Notes under the pieces: generated by a model
The model's database searches: none
What the model saw: the letters and a program-made list of their open reading frames with translations, nothing else
What the model was told of the DNA's origin: nothing
Shown here: one piece after another, positions 1 through 13,500 of the stretch
Position numbering within the stretch: the first letter of the stretch is position 1
Layout: each line of letters opens with the position of its first letter
Assembly (NCBI GenBank): GCA_964016885.1
Contig: OZ024744.1
Location: 44,826,001 to 44,890,000, forward strand
Direction: 5' to 3'
DNA length: 64,000 nt
Origin: Eledone cirrhosa
Taxonomy: Eukaryota
Translations under genes and position numbers: made by a program

Positions 1-628
1 AGTGTAAACACCTAGCCCAGACCCACTATAAGGGCTGGAGACACGATGTGATGGGCAGGGTGATCCACTGGCACCTGTGCAAAGTAAACAATCTACTACA
101 TTCTGAGAAATGGTATGAGCATAGGCCAGAGGCGGTGATGGAGAACAATCAGGTGAAGGTGCTGTGGGATTTTAGGATACAGACGGACAAAAAACTGGAA
201 CACAATAGACCTGACCTGGTGGTTGTGGACAAAGAAAAAAGATCGTGCCTGATTGTGGATGTGGCCTGCCCGTTCGACACGAGAGTGCAAGAGAAGGAGA
301 GGGAGAAAATTAACCGATACCAGGACCTAGAGTGGGAGGTGAAAAGGATTTGGAACTGCCATGAAGTCAAAGTGATCCCGATTGTCATAGGCGCACTGGG
401 GACTATCTCCAAAAGTTTCCAGGGATGGTTAAAGAAAATCGGCCCCTTCACGCTTTTTGGAACGCTTCAAAAGGCATGCTTGCTTGGAACAGCAAGAACC
501 CTCCGATACGTCCTGAATATCTGAGGCTGCAGGTAGTGGCTTGATATTCAATCCAACGGACTTTCCAGTTAACCAACATCAATGACTGAGATTCAAGGAA
601 TAACAATAACAATAATAATAATAATAAT
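1..628 (+). mobile_element. 3' end of an RLE-type (R2/R4/NeSL-like) non-LTR retrotransposon: restriction-like endonuclease domain, 3' UTR and (TAA)n tail
   Basis: ORF 48..524 has HNRPDLVVVDKEKRSCLIVDVACPFD...K..RYQDL...IPIVIGALG, the PD-(D/E)xK RLE signature. It is followed by a short UTR and TAA repeats at 601-628. Confidence 0.88.
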
Positions 629-644
629 TTTAAAACAATTACAA

Positions 645-715
645 ATATATATATACACACACACATATACATATCTATATATACATATACACATACACAT
701 ACACACACACACACG

Positions 716-800
<85 letters not shown>
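645..800. repeat. (TA)n/(CA)n microsatellite
   Basis: Visible directly. Confidence 0.95.
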
Positions 801-803
<3 letters not shown>

Positions 804-804
804 A

Positions 805-2830
805 TAACAATTAACGGTTCTGCGATCGATTGTAGCTTTTTAGCCCATCCAATGATCTAAAATGTCTTGCACAGTTGGTACCAAAACATTTACTGGGAAT
901 AGCTGGCTGTGGTTGGAGTTCATGTACTTTTACATGTCGTTTGAGCCTCCTGTTGATCTACACTCTCTGCTACATGCTTGGCAGGCATGATGAGTAGCAT
1001 CTCCAACAGCAGCCTGGTAGTCAACCACTGGTCTTACTTTAAGACTGTGAAGATGACTTTCGAGTCCAGCTTTGCTGAGGCAGAGTCTCGCATAGACGCT
1101 GCATGTCAGCGCCATAGGAGGACCTTCGCTGCCTGGAAATGAAACGGCAATGCCCTTCCTCACACCCCGCTTTACTTTCTCATATGCAATTCGTAATGCC
1201 TCAAAGGCAACTTTTCCCTCATATACAGTCTTTCTCCATTTATTACGATCAGCAGCAATATTTTCCCAAGTATCAGCAGAGATGTTAACGTCTTTCAAAG
1301 AGGCTTTCAACGAATACTTATACATCTCTTTTGGTTTATGTGGAGGTCGTTTTCCTTTAACTAAATCTCCATAGAAGAGTTGTTTTGGTATTCTAGAATC
1401 CTTCATCCAGGCATGGTGACCACTCCAACGGAGTCGTTGCTTAAGCACAGGAGCTTCTATACTGTCACACAGAGAGCTTTCCAAAATCTCGACATCACTG
1501 ATGTGGTCCCTCCAGTGAACGCCATGGATCCGTCTGAGGCACATCTGATGGAAACGCTCCAATTGCTTAAGGTGGTGTCGATATGTGACCCAGGTCTCGC
1601 AGGCATAAAGAAGAGAAAAGAGCACACATGCCTTGTAGAGCTTTACCTTGTCCTCCTGCATATGTCTCGCCGACCCCAGAGTCGCCTTTCTAGCTTTCCG
1701 AAAGCATCATTTACTTTCCTAATCCTGAGTTGGATTTCATTATCAAGGTTGCTGTATCGATTGACAGTGATTCCCAGGCAGACAAACTGATCAACCACTC
1801 CATGTCGTTTACCATACACATAGATATTTGGTTCACTGTACTGCTTACCAGGGGCAGGTTGGTACATGACGATGGTTTTCTTGAGACTGACAGTCAATCC
1901 TAGGGCAGTGCAAGCATCAGAAAATGCATTTAAAATGTGCTGCATTTCACTCTCTGCGTGCACTACAAGATCGCAATCATCTGCATACAAGAGGTCTCTT
2001 ATGATTGATGTAAATACTTTTGTTTTTGCAGCAAAGCGCCTGATGTTTGATATCGGATGTAAACACCATGCTCGCACTTCCTGAATGCAATATAGAAAAC
2101 TATTGCAAAGTATATGGCAAACAGGGTCGGTGCTGGAATATCCCTCTGTTTCACGCCATTTTTTACTGAGATAGGCTCCGACATGTTACCTCCGACATTA
2201 ACCAAAGCCTTCATGTCGTCATGTAAAGACCTAACTAAAGGAAGGAACTTATCAGGGCAACCAAATTTCTGGAGAACCTTCCATGATGCATTTCTATTAA
2301 CAGTATCGAAAGTGTTTGTCAGATCGACAATAACCTGCTACAGATCCAAACCTTGTACCATGCACTTCTCTTGGAGCTGTCTAGCTGAGAAGATTATATC
2401 AGTAGTGCTGCGTCCAGCACGAAAACCAGATTGACTTTCAGGAAGAACACAATCTGCAATGTGTGTCAGCAGACGGTCCAGAAGCACCCTACATAAAACT
2501 TTCCCTATGATAGAAAGCAATGATATACCTCTGTAGTTCCCATAATCATTCCTGTTACCCTTTCCCTTGTACAAGATCACCATTACTGCATCACTCCAGT
2601 CCTCAGGTACGGATTCATTAGCCCATATCCTGCCAAACAAAGAGTGAAGATGTTGCAGGAATCTCTCACCACCATATTGTAGGAGCTCTGCATGTATGCC
2701 ATCCATACCTGGAGACCTTCCACAGTTCAGTTTCGAGATAGCCACTGCAACCTCCACAAGCGTTGGAGGTTCTGCGAGAGCTATTTTCACAGGCCTTTCT
2801 GCAATGAGATTGAGGAAATCTTCATTGACG
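805..2830 (-). mobile_element. 5'-truncated, frameshifted RTE-clade (BovB-like) LINE: RT and C-terminal C2H2 region
   Basis: Overlapping minus-strand ORFs give SPGMDGIHAELL, NYRGISLLS, ESQSGFR, GVKQRD..APTLF, LLYADD, LLYACETW and RIPKQLFYG, all typical RTE RT motifs. Confidence 0.92.
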
Positions 2831-3612
2831 ACACACGCTGATGAACCGAGGCTAACCCATTTCTTTCAACAAATTACTGGTGAAACATATCTTTGGATTA
2901 GTATCTTTGGATTTGTACGTGTGTTATATAGTTATAGAGGTATTTATTTGCCTTTCATAGGTTATAGATTCCATACACTGGTGGGTTTTTTCCCTGTTTT
3001 ATTGATAGCGCACTGTATATCTCTCTCTGGTGTGTTACCTTTTCAACATATTGTATTTTAAAGAGCTCAGAATTTCTTCTCCTTTGAGCACTTTATTTAC
3101 AGGGAATAGCGAGGGCCTATGCCTCCGTTAACTTATCGTGATATTTCGCTCCTAATAACAGTCTTTCCTATATCTGTTTGGTTGAGCACACTCTCTGAGT
3201 GGTTTTGGGCTGCCCTTTCTAGCAGTTCGTTCCTCTGAGGCCACTGGTTCACTGCCCTTAAACACGCTGTGACTTCTCTATCCCACGTGTAGCTGGACAG
3301 CCTCTTTTAAAATTCTCTTAGTGTTGTCTGAAATGTATAGCCTTACACACGGTGATGAACCGACTAACCCATTTCTTTCAAAAAATTACTGGTGAAACAT
3401 ATCTTTGGATCAGTATCTTTGGATTTGTACGTGTGTTATATAGTTATAGAGGTATTTATTTACGCTTTAATTTATATTTTTTATTATCGTGTCTATAGTC
3501 TGCCTTTCATAGGTTATAGATTCCATACACTGGTGGTTTATTTCCCTGTTTTATTGATAGCGCACTGTATATCTCTCTCTGGCGTGTTACCTTTTCAACA
3601 TATTGTATTTTA
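2828..3612 (+). mobile_element. About 1.5 copies of a ~512-nt hammerhead-containing tandem unit (retrozyme-like or Penelope pLTR-like)
   Basis: 2831-3060 is repeated at 3345-3610. The second hammerhead (3345-3436) has CTGATGA mutated to GTGATGA. The repeat ends in (TA)n. Confidence 0.7.
2831..2924 (+). ncRNA. Type I hammerhead ribozyme motif (retrozyme family A, copy 1)
   Basis: ACACACG-CTGATGA-ACCG...TGGT-GAAAC-ATATC...GATTT-GTA-CGTGTGT. Stem I is a perfect 7 bp, both core boxes are intact, and the cleavage triplet is GUA. Confidence 0.75.
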
Positions 3613-3620
3613 TATATATT

Positions 3621-3671
<51 letters not shown>

Positions 3672-3937
3672 AGATCAAAAGATGGTTAAAGGAGTTCCAT
3701 GTATTTTATTATGTGCATTTCAAAAACAAACATCATCATGCAATAATATTTGTGTTTTCATCAGATAAAACAGGAGGACATGATATGAAGGCTAAAAAAC
3801 ACTTGTGGATAGTGCAGTTTTAAATCAACATCTTTTGATCTTATATATTATGTATACTCCAGTCTTACAAACTGTAGAGTGCTTCTTATCCGATATCTGC
3901 ATTGCTTTATTGTACTACAATAAAACTCACCTCCTAC

Positions 3938-4021
<84 letters not shown>

Positions 4022-4025
<4 letters not shown>

Positions 4026-4710
4026 CTAGAGATTGATTTACATATAAATAAACATGAATAATCACAGGAGATAATTTTTACAAGTGTGTAACCACACACA
4101 GCTAGGTGGGTAACTAAATAAAGTTGACCAGAACTTCAAAAATAGATACATTATAATATGATTAATATTCCCTGTATATATTCCATTAAAGAAATATATT
4201 TCACCAATTAATATCCAAAATAAAGATAAATTTTGATTTAGATTAAATTCATTTGATTTATCTCAATTTTGGATATAGATATATAAATACGGCTCCTTAA
4301 TTGTAGAGCTAACTCTGTTGAAAGGACTCGACTGCTGTTTCTAGTTGTCGATAACCCTATTCACGCCACTGGGACGAAGCTAGTATGATGTGTGTATTTC
4401 TAGTAAATACAACACGTGCTGGCAAGTCGCTGATTTGAACTTGAAGTGTAAACACGGATTGCTGGAACTTCTTCCTTGTTGAAAATCCAAGTCTCCACTT
4501 CTGTGGTTTACCATCTGATTAATTGGTGAAATATATTTCTTTAATGGAATATATACAAGGAAGATTAATCATATTATAAGGTATCTATTTTTGAAGTTCT
4601 GGTCAACTTTATTTAGTTACCTACCTAGCTGTTTGTGGTTACACACTTGTATAAATTATCTCCTGTGATTATTCATGTTTATTTATATGTTAATCAATCT
4701 ATAGTTATTA
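4022..4710. repeat. Inverted repeat with ~190-bp arms (4022-4211 / 4517-4710); fold-back or MITE-like
   Basis: The arms read as reverse complements (e.g. gttgaccagaacttcaaaaatagatac / gtatctatttttgaagttctggtcaac). A (TA)n tract lies to the left. Confidence 0.8.
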
Positions 4711-4837
4711 TAAGATGCTCGGACCTACTCGTTAGAATCTTAGATCTTATTTTGCGGGTGATATGGCGCATGTCTTTCTGGCATGACACCCATAATTTTG
4801 ATTTAGATTAAATTCATTTGATTTATCTTAATTTTGG

Positions 4838-4938
<101 letters not shown>

Positions 4939-4949
4939 TATATATATAT

Positions 4950-7900
4950 ATATTTAAAGGTTAAACAAGGTTCAATGAATAAATCAAAGAATGAGTTTTA
5001 CAATAGATTGGAAGCACTCCACAGTTTTGGTTTTCCGGAGTTATTAATATTAATTCAAAATATTAACAAAAATAGACATTCGTGTGATCAAGTATATTTT
5101 ATTATACATATGTCAGAGTAACTGAGCTATCTTCAACAGTACCTCCACATCAGATAAAATAAGATGATGCATGACATACCCTGACTCAGTAGATGGTTAA
5201 GATTCAGTCATGGTAGTGAATAAGATATGACAAAACTCAATATTTATATACCTTAAGATTGAGACATGAAAAAATTACATATAATACAGAGGATGCGTAT
5301 GGGAAAGCTTATAAAAATACATAATAACAATTTACATAACTGTTAGAGATTCAAATAATCTAAATCATTGGAGAAAGAAGAAAGACAGAGAGAGAAACAG
5401 ATGAGGAAAAAGATAGTTACGAGAAGTATAGAAATGTTTTATGCACGAAAGCAAAAGAGAATTGATTAAGGATAGAGAGACAAAGCAGAAGAATTGTTAT
5501 AGTATAAAGCATAGGGAGGGAGATTTCTATTGTCGTGGATAAATAGCGTATAATTAGATGATGCAAAAAAAACAAATATATATATATATAAATAAATAAA
5601 TAAATATACATTTGGGCATAGCTTTGTGAAAGAATAATTTCGAATCTTTGAATTATCTAGAAATAATCAATCAATCTAAATATTAAATATATCTGGGTGT
5701 AGTTATATGAGGGTTTAATTTCGAGGCGTTAAGTTAATTAGAAAAAGACTATTAATCAATTATATATATCCAAACGTATCCGATGACCGTTAAATTTCGA
5801 ATCATTTATGTTAATTCAAAATATTGAATTAATCTAAAGGTATAATATTTCGGGCTATGAAAATTTATAAGTATGCTATCATATTTAATTTATAATATCA
5901 TACTTAAAGTATTTGCAAACATGAGAAAGAAGAGACTTAATTTTTGTTCATCCCAAAGGTAATGCATATTAAATTATCTAAAAAAAAAATTATATTAAAG
6001 AGATTTTATATTAAAAAATAATAATCATTATATAATTTAGAAGGTAATTACAATTATAACTTTAAAAACTTAAAATTAACAATTAGAATGTCCTAAATTA
6101 TCCAAAGGCCTTATAATTATACTTAATAAGGATCTTTATTAAACTAGATATACGCATTTGTCTAAATTTATCCAAAGAGTATATTGTTTAAAGTTTAAGA
6201 CGATATTAGTCAGTTATATATAATATAATATAATAAATACGTTACTGTTAATATTGTTAAAATTAAGGTTTTACATCAATTATTATATTAGGATCATGTA
6301 ATACGTATATACTATAAATATACAAATCAAATTTCATGAATCATAAAAGATAAGAACCAGATTCAAAATAAATAAATGAATGGTTTGCGATCCTATAAGT
6401 GTCAAATATCTAAGCTATATAATTTTAAAATACAAGAAAAGTACCAGTAATGTACTGGGTAATTTCTGGCCTTGTGCCAATAGTAGAAACAATTATAGTA
6501 TAATATCATATTTAAAGTGTCTGCAAACATGAGAAAGAGACATAAGATTTTCATCAACCCGAAGGTAATCCAAATTTAATTATATTAAACAAATTATAAT
6601 CATTATATAATATTTAACAATTATAACACTAGAATGTCCTTAAGTATCTAAGGCACTTATAAATGTAACTAGAAGGATGTTATTAAACTAGATAAACACA
6701 TTTGTCTAAATACATACAGAGTATTCTGTTTAAAACTTAAGACGTTATTACATATAATAAATAATAAATACAATTATTGTTAATAAAGTTATAATTGAAG
6801 TTTTGCATCAAGTTAAGTGGAAAAAGTTTGTCGACTAGGATCGTGTGCGACACATATATCATAAATACATAAATCAAACGTCTTGAATCTTAAAAACAAC
6901 ATATTCCAAATAAATAAATGAATGGTTTACGGTTCCTTGTAACTGTTAACCATATAAGCTATATATTTGAAAAAATATATAAATCCCGACACAATCAAAT
7001 GATATGCATATTCCTCAAGAGATCATGTTAATAGTCTATATGTTTATATATTTATATAGAGCCCTTAATCTAACATTAACATTAATCATATCCTAAATGA
7101 ATAAACATTATTATAAGGTTTTATAATCTGTTATAGTATCATTTTACGCACTCATTTGATAAAAAACGTCAAAATTTAGAACTTACTCATTCAGTGTTTT
7201 TTCCTGACTTTTTGCGAGGCTTGGAATGTAGAAGAAACTTTATGTAGGTAATTTGAGAATAATTCACTTTTTTTGTTAATTAAATTTTCATAATTAGTAA
7301 TTATTAATAGGATCTCCATAGTACAAAGATTGCAGTTAGGTGATATTGAAGAATTCAAGTAAATTCGACTATTACACAGCTTTGACCAAGAAATCGAGTA
7401 TTTTAAATGTTTGTCTTTTAATGACCACATAAGTTGTGATAAAGAAGTCGAAGATTTCCTATTAGGATTCGAAAAAGAACATTTGTGATTCGAAAATCTT
7501 AATTTAAATGTCGATGAAGTTGCACCAATATAGTTGTATGTGATGTTATTTTCTTTTACGGTGCATTTATAGACCAGATTGTTATCCAGACAATTATTTT
7601 GCAGAGGGCAATTTGATCTATTTCTACAATTACATTTCGATTTATTGTTATTACTATAAATTGGACAATTGACATTAACATTGCTAGTAATTTGAAGTGT
7701 TCTAGTGATAGTGCTTAGATTAATGCTATTGCTAGTATTATTATATTCATTATCCCTAATTGTTTGTTGGTTATGATTTAGAATTCTACTATTTATTTTT
7801 GCAATGTTCTGGGCCATATTCATAGTTGTAGAATAAGAAAGCTTAATTGTGTGTCTGTTAAATATGGAACGGTATTTATGTTGAATGGGGAAGCATTTAT

Positions 7901-9890
7901 CTAAAGCTTTAAAGAATAGATTTGCGAATGGTGTTTTTATTGCTACAGATGCGGTAGGAGCAGAGCCTATACCTGCTTTAGTTCTGATTTTTCCCCGATT
8001 AATTCACGGTATAGGTGTTTGTATTATAACTTTTAGAATCTCGTTTATATATGTTAGTCTTATTTTTATCAGGATTATAATTCAAATTATTATTATCTAT
8101 ATATTCAATATTATTTTTATAACCTGCCTTACGTAGCGCGTCATTATAATATCATGCTTTTTCATAAAATATGGATTTATTAACGGATATTCTAATTATG
8201 CGTTTCTGTACACTATTGACTATTGTATTTTTCACGGATTTAGGGTGATTAGAGTAATAGCTAACGTAATTTAAGTTTTCAGTGGGCTTATGGAAAGGGT
8301 AATAAAATCCTGAGTTTAAGTTAAGGGTAACATGAAGGATATTAACTATTTTGGTACTACTTTCAACTTCTAATTTAAGGTCGTAATTTTTAAAGAAATC
8401 AATTATAGTTTTCTTAACCCTATTTAGTTCTGTATTGCTATGCTTGACAACCGTAAATAAAATATCGTCCCTATATAAACCACCGGTAATCTCCGGCAGT
8501 TTTCTATTTACCATATTTAAGATAACAATCCCCAGAAGATCGGCGACCTGCGCAGAGTCCGATGATCCCATGGTAATGTCAAAGTTTCTATTCCTATCAC
8601 TCATTGTTGAAATTAATAACTAGAGTTCTTCTAGCAGTTAATATGATATTGATTTCATCTGCAGTTAGATCTGTATGTTTGTAAGCATAAGACAAAGCCT
8701 TATTTAATAGGTTAGTTGTAATAGAAGAAGAATAACTTGCTATGGCTATTTGGATGAATTTGTGATTTTTTTCTTATTTTCTATATTTTTAAACCAGTCA
8801 ATTACTTCATTAGTGTCCTTCCATAAGCTCAATTTTGAACTCAATTTCAGAGTTGGTAAAATAATCTTACTGGTTACTCCAATATCCGATTTAGCTATCA
8901 GTCTAACTGGCATTTCTTTCTCCAAGTTTCTCTTGTGATCCTTAAAATTCATCCTCGGCTGTCTAGGTATAAAAGGCTCGGTTCTTCCTTCAATTCCAAG
9001 TTTGGTTATTAATTTAAACGCGTCATTATTGATGTCTATAAGATCTTCGGCCGGGGCTTTTCTATAATTTTTCCGCAGTTCTTTTAAAATTAAATGATTA
9101 TATTCAGCTTTATCTATTCCATATAAGTTGTTGGTTTTGTCAAACTTCACCAATATTTTATTAACTTTTTTTATATCCAAGATTTTTTCCTTTAGAGTTC
9201 AAAGGTATTGGTGACCTTTATATGGGTTTTTCTTGAATTTAATCTTCTTTAGTATATTAAGCATTTCTGTTTCAAAATCCTCCAGGAGTTTGTTGTATGG
9301 AGGATTTTTTCTAGATTTAAAGATGGTTTCGAAATAATTGTTGTTGCTTTTCCTTTTAGCTTCTTTGTTTTCGAAATGCCATCTCACTATTCTTATAAAA
9401 GAGTTTGTTTCCTTAATGAGCTTCCTCAAGTATTCCTCATTAGATGGTATAGGTATATCCTTGAGAGATGTCGGGAACGTGAAGAATTCCATTATTTATT
9501 AAATTTGTAATCTATTGTAGAGAAAGCGCTCAACCTGCTGGGAGCTAGATATATTTAAAGGTTAAACAAGGTTCAATGAATAAATCAAAGAATGAGTTTT
9601 ACAATAAATTGGAAGCACTCTACAGAAATGGTTTTCCGGAGTTATTAATATTAATTCAAAATATTAACAAAAATAGACATTCGTGTGATCAAGTATATTT
9701 TATTATACATATTTCAGAGGTACTGAGCTATCTTCAACAGTACGTCCTCATCAGATAAAATAGGATGATGCATGACATACCCTGACTTAGTAGATGGTTA
9801 AGATTCAGTCATGGCAGTGAATAAGATATGACAAAACTCAATATTTATATACCAAAAGATTGAGACATGAAAAAATTACATATGAAACTT
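4950..9890 (-). mobile_element. Penelope-like element 1 (degraded RT + GIY-YIG) with ~340-bp direct pseudo-LTRs (4950-5290, 9550-9890)
   Basis: ORF pieces 9492..7191 give SLKDIPIP, FDITMGSSDSAQVADLLG, GGLYRDD, YSNHPKSV, CNC..CPL..CL and VYKCTV...YIGAT...RFSNH (GIY-YIG). Direct terminal repeats are visible. Confidence 0.92.
7191..9492 (-). pseudogene. Penelope-like RT/GIY-YIG ORF, fragmented by frameshifts and stops
   Basis: ORFs 9199-9492, 8746-9180, 8152-8604 and 7191-7823 give colinear PLE motifs. Confidence 0.9.
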
Positions 9891-12800
9891 AAATTACGTT
9901 AGCCATTACTCTAATCATCCTAAATCCGTGAAAAATGCAATAGTCAATAGTGTACAGAAACGCATAACTAGAATCCATAACTAATAAATCCATATTTGAT
10001 GAAAAAGCAGGATACTATAATGATGCGCTACGTAAGGCAGGTTATAAAAATAATATTGAATATATAGATAATAATAATTTGAATTATAATCCTGATAAAA
10101 ATAAGACTAACATATATAAACGAAATTCTAAAAATTATAATGCAAACACCTATACCGTGAATAAATCTGGAAAAAAATCAGAACTAAATCAGTTATATGG
10201 TTTGCTACTCCCGCATCTGTAGCAATAAAAACACCATTCGCAAATCTATTCTTTAAAGCTTTAGATAAATGCTTCCCCATTCAACATAAATACCGTCCAT
10301 ATTTAACAGACACACAATTAAGCTTTCTTATTCTACAACTATGAATATGGCCCAGAACATTGCAAAAATAAATAGTAGAATTGTAAATCATAACCAGCAA
10401 ACAATTAGGGATAATGAATATAATAACACTCGCAATATTAATACTAGGAATAACAATAACATTAATCTAAGCACTATCAATAGAACACTTCAAAGTACTA
10501 GCAATGTTAATGTCAATTGTCCAATTTATAGTAATAACAATAAATCGAAATGTAATTGTAGAAATAGATCAAATTGCCCTCTGCAAAATAATTGTCTGGA
10601 TAGCAATCTGGTCTGTAAATGCACCGTAAAAGAAAATAACATCACATACAACAATATTGGTGCAACTTCATCGACATTTAAATACATTTTTCGAATCACA
10701 AATGTTCGTTTTCGAATCCTAATAAGAAATCTTCGACTTCTTTATCACAACTTATGTGGTCATTAAAAGACAAACATTTAAAATACTCGATTTCTTGGTC
10801 AAAGCTGTGTAATAGTCTAATCTACTCGGATTCTTCAATATCACCTAACTGCAATCTTTGTACTATGGAGATCCTATTAATAATTACTAATTATGAAAAT
10901 TTAATTAACAAAAAAAGTGAATTATTCTCAAATTACCTACATAAAGCTACTTCATTCCAAGCCCCGCAAAAAGTCAGGAAAAAACACTGAATGAATAAGT
11001 TCTAATTTTTGACGTTTCTTATCAAATGAGTGCGTAAAATGATACTATAACAGATTATAAAACCTTATAATAATGTTTATTCATTTAGGATATGATTAAT
11101 GTTAATGTTAGATTAAGGGCTCTATATAAATATATAAACATATAGACTATTAACATGATCTCTTGAGGAATATGCATATCATTTGATTGTGTAAGTACAT
11201 TTAATTTTGTCGAGATTTTTGTATTTTTTTAAATATATAGCTTATATGGTTAACAGTTACAAGGAACCATTCATTTATTTATTTGGAATATGTTGTTTTT
11301 AAGATTCAAGACGTTTGATTTATGTATGTATGATATATGTGTCGCACACGATCCTAGTCGACAAACTTTTTCCACTTAACTTGATGTAAAACTTCAATTA
11401 TAACATTATTAACAATAATTGTATTTATTATTTATTATATGTATATAAATCACTAATATCGTCTTGAGTTTTAAACAGAATACTCTGTATGTATTTAGAC
11501 AAATGTGTTTATCTAGTTTAATAACATCCTTCTAGGTACATTTATAAGTGCCTTAGATACTTAAGGACATTCTAGTGTTATAATTGTTAAATATTATATA
11601 ATGATTATAATTTTTTTAATATAATTAAATTTGGATTACCTCTGGGTTGATGAAAATCTTATGTCTCTTTCTCATGTTTGCAGACACTTTAAATATGATA
11701 TTATACTATAATATAGATCCTTAAAAATTTTCTTGTATTTTAAAATTATATAGCTTAGATATTTGACACTTATAGGATTGCAAACCATTTATTTATTTAT
11801 TTTGAATCTGGTTCTTATCTTTTATGATTCATGAAGTTTGATTTGTATATTTATAGTATATACGTATTACATGATCCTAATATAATAATTGATGTAAAAC
11901 CTTAATTTTAACAATATTAACAGTAACGTATTTATTATATTATATTATATATAACTGACTAATATCGTCTTAAACTTTAAACAATATACTCTTTGTATAA
12001 ATTTAGACAAATGCGTATATCTAGTTTAATAATATCCTTTTTAAGTATAATTATAAGGCCTTTGGATACTTAAGTGCATTCTAATTGTTAATTTTAAGTT
12101 TTTAAAGTTATAATTGTAATTACCTTCTAAATTATATAATGATTATTATTTTTTATATAAAATCTCTTTAATATAATTTTTTTTAAATATAATTTAATAT
12201 GCATTACCTTCGGAATAAACAAAACAATTAAGTCTCTTCTTTCTCAGGTTTGCAAATACTTTAATATTATATAAATTAAATATGATAGTATACTTTAATA
12301 TAAATACTTATACATTTTTATAGCCCGAAATATTATACCATTAGATTAATTCAATATTTTGAACTAACATAAATGATTCGAAATTTAACGGTCATCCGGA
12401 TACATTTGGATATATATAATTGATTAATAGTATATTTCTAATTAACTTAACGACTCCAAATTAAACCCTCATATAACTACACCCAGATATATTTAATATT
12501 TAGATTGATTGATTATTTCTAGATAATTCAAAGATTCAAAATTATTCTTTCACAAAGCTATGCCCAAATGTATATTTATTTATTTATTTATATATATATA
12601 TATTTGTTTTTTTGCATCATCTAATTATACGCTATTTATCCACGACAATTGAAATCTCCCTCCCTATGCTTTATACTATAACAATTCTTCTCCTTTGTCT
12701 CTCTATCCTTAATCAATTCTCTTTTGCTTTCCTGCATAAAACATTTCTATACTTCTCGTAACTATCTTTTTCCTCGTCTGATTCTCTCTCTGTCTTTCTT

Positions 12801-13100
12801 CTTTCTTCAATAATTTAAATTATTTGAATCTCTAACAGTTATGTAAATTGTTATTATGTATTTTTATAAGCTTTCCCATACGCATCCTCTGTATTATATG
12901 TAATTTTTTCATGTCTCAATCTTAAGGTATATAAATATTGAGTTTTGTTATATCTTATTCACTTCCATGACTGAATCTTATCCATCTACTAAGTCAGGGT
13001 ATGTCATGCATCATCTTACTTTATCTGATGTGGACGTACTGCAGAATATAGCTCAGTACCTCTGAAATGTGTATAATAAAATATACTTGATCACACGAAT
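9890..13100 (+). mobile_element. Inverted partial copy of Penelope-like element 1 (thumb, GIY-YIG, long AT-rich 3' region, partial pLTR)
   Basis: Reverse complement of about 5075-8275. ORFs 10341-10990 match the 7191-7823 protein. Confidence 0.9.
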
Positions 13101-13227
13101 TTATATATTTTTATTAATATTTTGAATATATACTGATACAAGATTACAAGATTTTGTCAACTGTTGACTTTCGAAAGAGTTCGTATAGTTGAAGCCGTTC
13201 GTTTTACCGTTCATTAATATTATGATT

Positions 13228-13500
13228 GCTTTACAGCATAGAGCTATGGCCCTCCACGCTCCGAGCTGAAATCCCGCCGAGGTCAACCTTGCCTTTCATC
13301 CCCACGGAGTCAACAACAGAGAGTACCATTAATGCGCTGGAACAATCTCTGGCTCAGTGCCAAAACTAGAAAAATTATTATTATTAAAGTTGTTGTTGCC
13401 GAGGTTAACTTTGCCTTTCATTCTTACGGGATCGATAAAATAAAGTACCAGTAATGCACTGGGTATTGCTGGCCTTGTGGCATAAGTAGAAACAATTATT
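13228..13500 (+). mobile_element. Two truncated tandem copies of the tRNA-type SINE
   Basis: aaatcccgccgaggtcaaccttgcctttcatc...gtacca...tgcc...agaaa..attatt matches the other copies. Confidence 0.8.

Noticed and set aside
448-860. ORFs of poly-CV/HT/YI/LS and similar, here and throughout the window
   Set aside because: They are translations of microsatellites, not genes.
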